64,000 bases of DNA, taken from the NCBI GenBank assembly GCA_965112735.1, contig OZ218963.1:62001-126000 (forward strand), given 5' to 3'. Source of the DNA: Phaeosaccion multiseriatum (Eukaryota; Protista; Ochrophyta, other classes). The position numbers and the translations under genes are program-made. The notes beneath the pieces were generated by a model. The model saw nothing but the letters and a program-made list of their open reading frames with translations, was not told the origin of the DNA and did no database searches. Positions 18,501 through 29,600 of this stretch are shown here, in pieces; within the stretch, counting starts at the first letter, position 1, and every line of letters starts with the position of its first letter.

Positions 18501-21500
18501 CCTCGAGTCGCTTTCCTCCACCTACAGCAACAACCCCGCCGAAACACGGTGAGTGCCTGCACCATCCACTACCATCCACTGCCATTCACTGCCATCGCCC
18601 CTCGTCCGCCCCTCCTGACCGACTCTCTACCCCCTGCTGACCGCTGCCCCTGCCCCATGCAATGCAGTGCTCAGAGCCGGTCTGGCTGGACGCAGCAGCT
18701 GTACGACATCCGCCTGCTGTACGGGCTGCCCAGCACTGCTGTCAAGCGCACCCCCCTCGCGGTCATCCTCCGGGAGGGGGACGTCTGCCTGCCCTGCTTC
18801 GACTCCAAGGTCAGCCTGGTCATCCACTGCCATCCTTTCGTCCTGACCTAGGCAGACCCTAACGCTCCCTCTGCACTCCCTTACCGCTGCCCTGCTCTGT
18901 ATCACCAACTGCCCTGCTCTGCTCTGCTGCTATCGAAGGTCATGAGACTCGTCATTGGCCTCAAGTGGACGAGCTTCGGTGCGCGGTGAGTGAGTGTGTG
19001 CGTGCGTGTGTGCGTTTGTGCGTGTGTGTGTGTGTATGTGTGTTTCCGTGTGTTGCCCCACCGAGGATTTCCTTCGCAAAGCTTCGGCGTGCGTGTGTGC
19101 GTGTACGTGGTTCGGTCCGAGCGCCTCAAGGGTGCCGCTGTGTGGTGCTGGGGTTTGTCATGCACTGCCATTCCGTCCTTTGTATACCCTTTCCTCTTCT
19201 CTCATCCCTCCTTCCCTCCTGTCCCTAACCCTCTCCCTCCCTCCCTCCCCCTCTCCCTCCCTCCCCCTCTCCCTCCCTCCCCCTCTCCCTCCCTCCCTCC
19301 CTCCTGCCCCTACCTCCCTGCCTCCCTCCATCCATCTATCCATCCATCCCTTCCACCCCTTCCACCCCACAGCCAATACTTCAGAGAAACGACTCGCTAC
19401 GCTTTGCTCTGCACGTCCTTCGTGTGGGGCTTCATCCTGTACCCGCACCTCGGCAGCCTTATGGGGGTGGTGCCGCGGCTCCTGTGCTGGGCACTCACCC
19501 TCTACAACCTCGTCTTTGAAGAAGGTGCGGCAGTAAGGCAGCGAGGCTGTGAGGCAGAGAGGCAGAGAGGCAGAGAGGCAGGGGCAGGCAGAATCGATCA
19601 GGCACATGGGAGGAAGGAAGGAAGGAAGGAAGGAAGGAAAGAAGGAAGGTAAGAAGGCCCACTCTCTCACTCACTTAACTCAGTCAGTATGGAATGAAAG
19701 CTCAATAGCTCACTCTCACTCATTCACTCACCGATGCACCCACCCATCCACCCATCCACCCGCTCGCTCACTCACTCACACCCCGTCTCCCTCGTTCTTC
19801 TCTCTGTCATCCGCTGCCATCCGCTGCCATCCCCACCCACAGTTCGCGAGGCCCGCGCGTACCCCCTGAAGGACTACGTGTCCTCTGGCTGGAACCTCGC
19901 CAGCCTGCTCGCCTACCTGCTCTGCCTCAGCCTCATGATCGTGTACGGCCTCGAGGGCGTGACGCACACACCGTCAGGTGTGTGAGGGGGGATGGGTGGG
20001 GGGGGGGGGTGAGCTGGCTCAAGGCTGGGCTTGCTTGTGTGTGGGCCAAGTGCTTCGGACTTGCTGGCTTGGCTTGGCTTGGCTTGCTTGGCTTGCTCGC
20101 TCACTCCGCTTGTGGTCCCTGCCCCTGCCTCTGTGTCTGTGCATGTCCGCCTTTTCTGCTCTCTCTCTCCCTGGTACGTCCCGCCTGGTTCCGTCTGGTG
20201 CCATCCTCAGACGAGATGGACACGGTGCGGCGCCTTGTGGTAGGGCCGGCCTCGCTGCTGCTCTTCATCCGCTCCATGGCAAGTACAGTACAAGCACTGC
20301 GTATCACCAATCTCCTAGCCAACTGAAACTGTAAACTCCCTCTTGCTCTCTTGCAGGAGCACCTGGCGGTGTGGCGCGTGACGGGCATCTTCATCGCAGT
20401 CATACGGGCCATCCTCGTGGAGACGGCCCGCTGGAGTGTCGTGTTCGTCCTGTTTGAGGTGATGGCAGCGGATGACCTCTATGACATCTCTCTATCTTGT
20501 GTGTGTGTGTGTGTGTGTGTGTGTGCATGTGTGGTTTGTGTATATTTTCAGTGTCCAGCGCTGGGAATGGCAAGTCTTGTTTGTCCCCGTGTAGACAAAG
20601 CAAAGCCAACATACACATCCACGTGTAGACGAAGACGACATAACACACACCCCCGTGCCGTCCGAAGGGAGAGCAGATTCCTTCCTACATCGATCCGCCA
20701 CCCCACCAACTGCCAATCCCCCATTCATACCCGACCAACTGCCCAACTGCCTGCCAGCTCCAACTAACTCCCCGAGCTGGATCTCCCCGACAGACCGCCT
20801 TTATTATCAGCTTCTACGGGCTGCTGGCGGGCGAGCCGGGCTACGGCACACTCGGAGAGGCCATGGTGAGTGACGAGTGCTTACTGAATGCTGCCGAGGG
20901 CTTGGTCAGCGAGACTGCCGAGACTGCTCTCGTTCCCTACCACTACGCCAGGGGGGGGCTGCCAGGGGGGGTTAAGCAGTGCCGCTGGGCTCACACCACG
21001 CCGATGGCATTCCACCTTGGCTGGCAACAGTCGCCAAGAGTCGCCAACAGTCGCCGCTTCACTGACAATCGATACCCCCTTCACCTTGGCTGCCTCAGAC
21101 CACCACCTTCGCCATGAGCTTCGGGGAGAGCACCTTGCCCTTCAGCGATGACGTATTCCTCAACGTGTTCGCCGTGCTGCTGTGGGTGGCCTTCATGCTG
21201 CTCGTGGCCGTGCTCTACCTCAACTTGGTGCGTGGGTTGTTGGTTCGGGTCAGGGGTCACAGATGGCTAAGGATCACAGGCATCAAGTGTCGGTCGAAGG
21301 GTTATGAGGAGGAGAAGATGGAGCGGAGGAGATGTGGTGGGGAATATGAGACATGGGCCGGTCTAACCCTCGCTCACCGAAGCTCTCCCCATTCATTGCC
21401 ATCCCTCTCAGCTGGTGGCCCTGATGACCACATCCTACGACAAATTACTAAAGGACGCGGATGCTCAGGCCCAGTCGCAGAGAGCGGAGGCCCTCGTCAA

Positions 21501-22208
21501 GTGGGAGATGGTACAGGGGCAGGAGGAGAGGAAGCGTCATTACGACATCATTGTGCCCTTCAAGGGCAGGTGAGTAGTGCACGTCTGTTTCGATGTCTCC
21601 CTTCTCTTGACCCACCCGCGCTAACGCCTCGCTCTCCTCCTCCCTCCCCCCCTTCCTTCCTTGCCAGGCGGCACCACCTACTGCTGCGTGACGGATCGAA
21701 CTCCAGTCTGGCACCAACACAGGCTCGGCGCGTGCACGTTGTCACAGATGGCATCGTGGTGCAAGAGCCTGTGGGGAGCATTGCAGGCATGCGGGCAGGC
21801 AGGGAGAAGGCCGAGTGCGACTACATGAGAGAGGTGTGTGTTTGTGTGCGTGTGCGTGTATGTGTGTGTGCTAGCTTGGGCGTGTGTGTGTTGTGTCCAT
21901 GTGCCTGTGTGCGTGCGTGTGCATACATGTGCGTCCTCTGTAGCCCCAACATCCCGCCCCCCCCATTCCACCTGGACTGCCATCCCCAGCAAATGGCCAG
22001 TCTCACTGCACAGCTGGAGGCAGTGGCGGCACAGCTCAGCCAGGACAGGTGAGCGGCGGAGTCAACGGATGGGGTGGTAGACATATACCAGGCAGGGTAT
22101 CAGTGTTAGCGCCATGTCCCTGCTGCCAAACAGGCCGTGCTTGCTCGAACGAGGGGATGGCCGTGCTTGCTCAAAGGCCGAGAGAGTATGACACGAGAGC
22201 GCAGGGCC

Positions 22209-22305
<97 letters not shown>

Positions 22306-22340
22306 GGTGTGTGTGTGTGTGTGTGTGTCTGTGTGTCTGT

Positions 22341-22383
<43 letters not shown>

Positions 22384-22810
22384 GAATCCGTTGAATCCGT
22401 TGAATCCGTTGAATCCGTCCGGTGTACTCGAGTGCTTTCTCTCTTATTTCTGTACTTCGTTTTCTATCTCCCTCTCTGTGTGGCCCTCTCTCTCTCTCTC
22501 TCCCAGGACCCCCCCCGCCTCAACCACAAAGGCCGGAGGCGCAAGAGGAGCAGCAGCGACTCAGCGCCCGTCCACTCGCCCCCCCCTGGAGAGGCAGGAC
22601 GTGGGTTTCCGAGGCGTGGTGCGTCGCGAGGGAAGCTCGCTTTCGCCGGACGATACGGAGTTGTATAGGCAGCAGGCGGCGGCCCTGTCGGCGCTTCAGG
22701 ATGGCAACAGACGGGTGGTGAGGGCTCAGGCCATGGTGAGAGGGGCGCTGGAGCGGAAGCGGGTACGGAGGATGTTGCAGCGGGGAGGGGGGTTAGGATT
22801 AGGCCGGTGA
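14265..22810 (+). CDS. TRP-family cation channel with N-terminal PH domain, ankyrin repeats, 6-TM pore and C-terminal IQ motif
   Basis: 20 phase-consistent exons: 14265-14621, 15016-15511, 15697-16014, 16292-16434, 16827-17065, 17323-17457, 17583-17726, 18426-18548, 18668-18809, 18939-18985, 19373-19524, 19843-19977, 20211-20278, 20357-20458, 20794-20865, 21099-21227, 21412-21569, 21668-21833, 21990-22048, 22507-22810. PH-like: RFWAVLED...LLLFN...AMRRAV. Ankyrins: GADVNTRNSMG, GADITQTNRYGQTVL, DKFGVTCLHYAVLFGH. Pre-S1 LVIGLKWTSFG; S3 YVSSGWNL; pore TTFAMSFGE; S6 LYLNLLVALMTTSY. Confidence 0.88.
14721..14940. repeat. Compound (CTCA)n / about 35-bp intronic tandem repeat
   Basis: Repeated ctcctctcaactgcattcactcactcac units in TRP intron 1. 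Confidence 0.85.
16535..16623. repeat. 9-bp tandem repeat (AAGTCAGRA)n, intronic
   Basis: Directly visible tandem units. Confidence 0.85.
17727..18056. repeat. Degenerate (GAGT/CAGT)n array starting at an intron donor
   Basis: Many GTGAGT/GTCAGT/GTAAGT hexamers immediately after donor 17727. Confidence 0.85.
22211..22418. repeat. (GT)n microsatellite followed by (GTTGAATCC)x4
   Basis: Visible in the last TRP intron. Confidence 0.9.
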
Positions 22811-23131
22811 GCAGGGGGGAGAGGGGGGGGGCGTGATGTGATGATAATGTATAATGGTATGGTACTAAGGGGCCTCTCCTTGAGCCTCAAGAGAAGGGTA
22901 GGGGGAGTAGGAGCCCGAGCAGATGGCAGTGGAAGTGAGGAGGGGGTGAGGTCGAGACGATGGCAGTGAATGCAATGAAGGCCGAGAGAGGTGCCGAGAG
23001 TGGTGCTGCCTCCCTTTCGGACTTCATGCAGTTCAGCACTTCAGTAAATTAATGTAGCGGCAGAATGCCCCCACGATCCACAATTAGAGCGGTGTCTCCT
23101 CCACCCGAGACACTATGGCCATCTGTGATTC

Positions 23132-23870
23132 TCAACACCGTTTAACCATGTTCCCCTCTGAGTCCATGATGCGCGTCACCATCCCGTTCATGTCCACCCT
23201 CGCCTCGTGCACCGTCACCCCGCCTCGATGCCTACCCCCCTGGGGAGGAGTGCTCCCCTGGGGCGGTACCACACTCTCCTCCCCACCTGGCTGCTGTGCA
23301 GCCAACTGCTGCTGCTGCTGCTGCTGTATCATCAACTGCTGCCCCCACCACTCGTCCACTGCCACCTCGACCTGGTCCCTGGCCGCCTGCCCCTCCGCCT
23401 TGGTGATTAGACCGATGAAGCCCCCCCCCCCCGCCCCCGCCAGGGACATGCCCAGGCAGAGAGGGGAGAGCTTCGCCATCAGAGACGCCACGCGGGGGGG
23501 ATTGGAGCCCGCTGCACATGGAGGGGATGGCAGTGGATGGACAGGAGGGGAGGGGAGGAGAGGGAAGGGAAGGGAAGGAAAGTGAGGGGAGGGGAGGGGA
23601 CGGCAGTGGATGGACAGGAGGGGAGTGGAGGGGAGGGGAGTGAGTATTGTTCAGTGTGTGTAGTTACATCACTTGGTTGTACGAGGGGCAGACAGGGGTA
23701 GGCGGTTATGCAAACAGGCAGGCAGATAGGAGGTAGGCAGACAAACAAGATAGAAAGACACTTCAGATAGTCAATCAGTCAGTGGGCCAGTTAGACAGAC
23801 AGAGAGACAGAGAGACAGAGAGACTGACAGACAGACAGACAGACAGACACACAGACAGACACACAGACAC

Positions 23871-23927
<57 letters not shown>

Positions 23928-25087
23928 GTCGCTCCTCCCTCACTCACCCGCCATGGCTTGTTTCTGCCCCCAATAGGCACTCAGACATGTCCCCACCCGC
24001 TCCAAGCTCCCCCCCCGCACCGCCTCGCACGCCTCCTCCGCCGTGTGTCGGAGCTGCCCCACGGCCGTAACGGTTTCTTGTGCCCTGAGGTGCCATCCCC
24101 TGACGACGGTCTGTAGCAAGTCCCTCGCCAGGCGTTGCTTGCCTGTGAAGACAAGCACCAACCGCCCGGAGAACATGTCCTGATACTCAGTAGTGGAGCT
24201 GAACATGTCCTGACACTCAGTAGTGGAGCTGCTCTTGCGTCCCTCCAGGGTGGAGCTTCCTTCCCCTGGGGTGGAGCTCTCCCTGCCTCTGCCCACCGGG
24301 GGCCCTCGTCCTCCTGCTGCCAGTGGGAGGGGCGTGGTGTCAACTCTGAGCGGCAGAGAGGCGTCAGAGCGCGTCACCTTCACCCCTCCGAAGAGGCCTC
24401 CCGCCTGGTCCTGAGGGGGTGGGGTAGTAGCGGTAGAGGGAGGGAAGGGAGGGAGGGAGGGAGGGAGGGAGGGGAGGGAGGGAGGGAGGGAGGGAAGGGA
24501 GGGGGGGGAGGGGAGGGAGGGAAGGGAGGGGAGGGAGGGGAGGGAGGGGAGGGAGGGGAGGGAGGGGAGGGAGGGAAGGGAGGGAAGGGAGGGAAGGGAG
24601 GGAAGGGAGGGAAGGGAGGGAAGGGAGGGAAGGGAGGGAAGGGAGGGAAGGGAAGGGAGGGAGGGAAGGGAGGGAAGGGAGGGAAGGGAGGGAAGGGAGG
24701 GAAGGGAGGGGAGGGAGGGAGGGGAGGGAGGGAAGGGAGGGAAGGGAGGGAAGGGAGGGAAGGGAGGGAAGGGAGGGAAGGGAGGGAAGGGAGGGAAGGG
24801 AGGGAAGGGAGGGAAGGGAGGGAAGGGAGGCAGTGAGTTGGAGAGGGACGCCACTCCATTCTGCTCTCTCTCCGAAAGAGTGACAGGGTGCGTCTCCCCC
24901 CAGCAGCCCTAAGGTGCCATCCCTTTACTTCGCTCTGTCTGTCTGATCTCGCTCTCGCTCTTCTATCGCTCCTCTCCTCTCTCGCCGTCTCCAATGTCCT
25001 TCTCTGTCACTCCCTCCTCTGCCCACGCTCCACCCATACCCCCACACCCACACCCACACCATACGTGCACACACACACCCACACACA

Positions 25088-25133
<46 letters not shown>

Positions 25134-25443
25134 CACACATGCACACACACCCACACCCACACCCACCTGCCAGCCGCCCCCCGTGGAGAGGAGCTGTTCC
25201 ACCAGCAGCACGGCGTGTGTGAGCTCTCCGTTGGACAGGGGTAGGCCCAGAGCAACGCTCACGGCAGCCAGCACCACCCCCGCCAGGATACTGCTTGTGC
25301 CCAGGCCCGAGCCCTGCGGCAGGCACGTCTCGGAAACCACCTCCAGCCCTATGGTGCCATCACCCCCCAGCGCCGCGGTGAGCTGTTCTGACAGGGGGGG
25401 GGTGGGGACCGAGAGGGGCATCGATATTGACATCGAGGAGGGC

Positions 25444-25483
<40 letters not shown>

Positions 25484-26543
25484 GTGATGGCGATGATGAG
25501 ACACCGGCCCAGGCGTCTGCGGTGTCGGGCAAGGCGACGAGGGGCAGCACATGAACCCGCTCTGTCTCTGTCTCTGTCTCTGTCTCTCGCTCGGCCTCTA
25601 CCTCCCCCTGCTGCCCTTGTTGCTCTACCTCCCCCTGCCGTCCTTGTTGCTCTACCTCCCCCTGCCGTCCTTGTTGGCTGCTGAGGCGCACAACGCACAA
25701 GACAGCAGCCTTGAGTAGCGCACAGGGGGCGGAGGGGTCGCAATGGTCCGCCAGATCGGCCAGGCTAAGGCATTCGCACGACACCTCGGACATCACACTC
25801 GAGGCCCTTGAGGAGCTTAAGGAGTCAGAGGCGTCAGGACCGCCAGGAGAGCTCTGCCTGCAGATGAGGCGGAGGCGGGGGGGATGGCAGCGGATGCGGC
25901 GCGCTGTCGCTCGGATTGGCGTGGGCAGGCCCTCCAGCCGGACTGCGGCGTTCACCACCACCCCCCCATCCCCACCCCGTCGACTGCCATCCCCATCTCT
26001 TTCCCCATCCACTGCCATCCCCGTCGCCATCCGCTCGTAGCACAGGGGCGGGGTGTCGCTCCATCCGCCGGCGAGGTCGAGGCGAGCAGGGGCCTCACAC
26101 ACCGCCGACTGCCCCACGGGGAGAAGCAGCGCTGATCCCCATCCACTGCCATCTTGTCTGACTTTGCCCTTGCCATCCGCTGCCATCTGCCTTACGAGCC
26201 GCTCTATGCTCTCCCTGGGCATGGCGAAGGTGCGTGCGGTGTTGACGGCCTTCCTGGTGATCAGAGCTGAGGCCCGCTCGTACGCCCTCGCTGCCCGTAC
26301 AAGCAGCTGGGGATTACCGCCCTGCACCCATTGGGAGCGGAGGGCAGCCAGCCTTGGGAGGGGGGAGGGGGGGGGGGGGTAAGGGAGAGGGAGAGAGGAG
26401 AGGAGAAGAGAGCACCGGCACCGCCGCGCAGCCTGCTGACACCCTGTCCTTCCTCCATCTCTTTTCTTCTTCCTCTCCCTCTCCCTCTCTCTCCCTCTCC
26501 CTCTCACCTTTTCCATACTTCCTTCATCTCTCTTCTCCTTCCT

Positions 26544-26578
<35 letters not shown>

Positions 26579-26661
26579 CCCTCTCCCTCTCACCTTTTCC
26601 ATACCTACCTCCCTCCCTCCCTCCCTCTCTCTCTTTCACCCCCTCACCCGCTCATGCTGTC

Positions 26662-26692
<31 letters not shown>

Positions 26693-29600
26693 CCCTCGCT
26701 CTTTAAGCACTGCTCCCTCTCTCTCTCTCTCTCCCTTTCTCTCTCTCTCCCTCGCTCTTTAAGCACTGCACTGCTCCCTCTCACCTCTGCACGGCCTTGC
26801 TCCTTCCCCTCCCGTCCAGCCCCCTCCGGGCCCTCCTCCACAGCATGGAGTCCCCCGGTCCTGTCAGGTGCCCGCCCCCCCCCAGCGTCTCCGCACACAC
26901 GAGCAGTGCCGCAGAGACGAGCGCCAGGAGCCGGCTCACAGATGGCAGCACGCTGTCGTCATCGTCGTCGCCGCCAGCACCAGGAGCTGTACCACCACTT
27001 GCTGCACTTGTGGTGGCGTCGGCCAGGGCCTTGTCGAGGAGGGGCAGGACTTTGCCTTGCAGCGCTGCGAATACTGCCCCGCCACTTCATTACAAGTGTT
27101 ATTGTTGGCGGTTACAAGTGTCGTTGTTGGCGGTTACAAGTGTTGTTGTTGGCGGTACAAGTGTTATTGTTGGCGGTACAAGTGTCGTTGTTGGCGGTTA
27201 CAAGTGTCGTTGTTGGGGGGAAGAGAGGGGAGGATAGCGTGCACGTAAGTCGTGAGAACGAGACTGCTGCCATCTGCTGCCCTCTTCACTAGAGGGTACA
27301 GCGCCCGCTGCCATCTTGTGTCAACTGCTGCCATCTGCTGCCATCTTGTGTCAACTGCTGCCCTCATCACCTTAACGCCACCTTGCACCCCAGTAAGTCA
27401 CCAACCAACCACATGCTGCCATCCCCTCACTCCCCTCACTCACCTAACTGTCGGGTCCAGCCTCGCTGCCATCTCCGCCAGTCGCGCGACCACACGCTGA
27501 GGCTGAGGCTTGGGCTCTCCATCCACTGCCATCCTCCCTTCCCCATCCACTGCCATTCCGCCTTCCGCCTCCCCCCCCACTGCCATGTCGACATGATCGA
27601 TGCCAATATCGATGCCAATATCGATGCCAATATCGATGCCAATATCGACCCTCTCCATCCCCACCCCGCCCATCTCCTCCTCCAGAGCTCCCACCAAATC
27701 GGCAAGGCTGAGGTCGCCAAGGCTCCCCCATCCACTGCCATCCCCGCCCTTGTCGGCTGCTACGTAGGTGAAGCGTCCGAAGCAGCCTCTCGCCCCTCTC
27801 ACCCCTTCTGTGGCCGTGGGCCCTGCCGCAGCAGTTGGTGCTACAGCCATAGCCAACGCTAGCGCAGCGGAGACGCAGTCTTCACCGCACAGAACCAGAC
27901 CGCGCACGCGCCCCCCCCCTCCACTGCCATCCCCCTCCCCTCCCCCCTCTGTGAGGCCCTCTGTGAGCACTACACATCCGCCCGTCGCCCGCTGTGAGGC
28001 TCTCTTGCATGCGGGCACAAGGGAGTCCCCCTCCAAGCTTTGCATCCACTGCCATCCCCCCAAGTCCGTCATCCACACCGCGGGAGGACACTTTCCCACT
28101 ACACTCCCCTCCTCCACGCCAGCCGAGCCCAGGCCCATAATACTTCGCCTGGTGCCCATATGCTTGCCCATATGCCTTGTGATAAGTACCCTCCTCCCCT
28201 GCAAGGCTCTGGCTGACGTCACACACGTGCCCAAGAGGTCGGTCTGACACGCGCTGTGGTGCTCGGCAGTCGCCAGCAGTGCGTTCAGCAGCAGAGCACC
28301 AATGCCCCCCCCCCCTCCTCCTCCTCCTCCTCCTCCTCCTCCTCCTCCTCCCACCTCTCGCTGAGGCTCCTCCTTCCCCCCCCATCCACTGCCATCCTCA
28401 CACTCAGGGTAGGCTGGAGGGACGCACAGCACCACTTTGCTCACTGCGAAGCACGATTGGGAAGACGCCTCTTCAAGGACACCCTCCTATGGCAGTGGAT
28501 GGCAGTGGATGGCAGTGGATGGCAGTGGAAGGGAGGGGCGGGGGGGGGGGGCAAAGAGCGCACAAGAGGGGGAGGGGGGTTTAGTTAGTTAGTGGTCTTC
28601 CTTTGCTCTGTGTGCGTCTGTGTGCCCCCTCTCTACTCCCTCTCCCCTCTCCCCTCCAGTAGCAGCGAGGAGAGCAGCGGCTAGACATTCGTTTCGGTAC
28701 GCTCGTCCTCTGCCCTTCCCTGCCATCCGCCGCCATCTCCTGCCATCCACTTGAATCTGGACCCACCGCACACGCACGCACCGACGGAGGGAGGAGCCCC
28801 TGGGCAGTGGGCCAGCGGCGCAGGGCGGGCAGGAGGAGAGCCGAGAGGGAGGTGGTCTGCGGCAGACTTGAGCACGCCACCACAAGGGTGTCTATACAGC
28901 CCCCACAGAGGGCCCTGAGGAGGAGAGGGGAGCGCATGGCAGTTTGTGGATAGACACAAGTGAGAGAGAGGAAGGTGTGCGAGACGGTGATCGATGATCG
29001 ATGATCCAGCCCCCTGGGAGGGACCTATCCATCCCCTGCCATCCGCCGGTCATCCACTGCCATCCCCTGTCAGTACCTCGCGGTAGCCAGGCTATCATCC
29101 TCAGCAGTGTGGTGCTCACCGGCAGTGGCAGCAGTTGGTGATACACGGGCAGTCTTAGCCGTCGATACAGTTGAGAAAGCCGAAGTCGAAATCGAGGTGT
29201 TGCTGTGACGTGTCTTGTGCAGCTCTCTGCGCCACTGGAACTCGGTGTGCGGGTACGCTCGGCCCAATAAGTCAGCGAAGGAGAGCCTCTCCATGCCCAG
29301 CCACACGGCCGCCGCCTCCTGCACCTCATCCGCTGCCATCCCTTGCCCCTCTGCTTCCCCATCCACTGCCATCCCTTGCCCCTCAGCTTCCCCGTCCTGC
29401 CCAGCGAGGTGCTGCAGCCACAACACACTCCCCCTCTGCTCCGCACACGTCAGCACCGGGTACAGCTTGGCCTGGATGGCAGGGGATGGATGGCAGTGGA
29501 TAGATGGCAGTGGATGAAGGCCAGTGGATAGATGGCAGTGGATAGATGGCAGTGGATGGCAGTGGATAGATGGCAGTGGATGGCAGTGGATAGATGGCAG

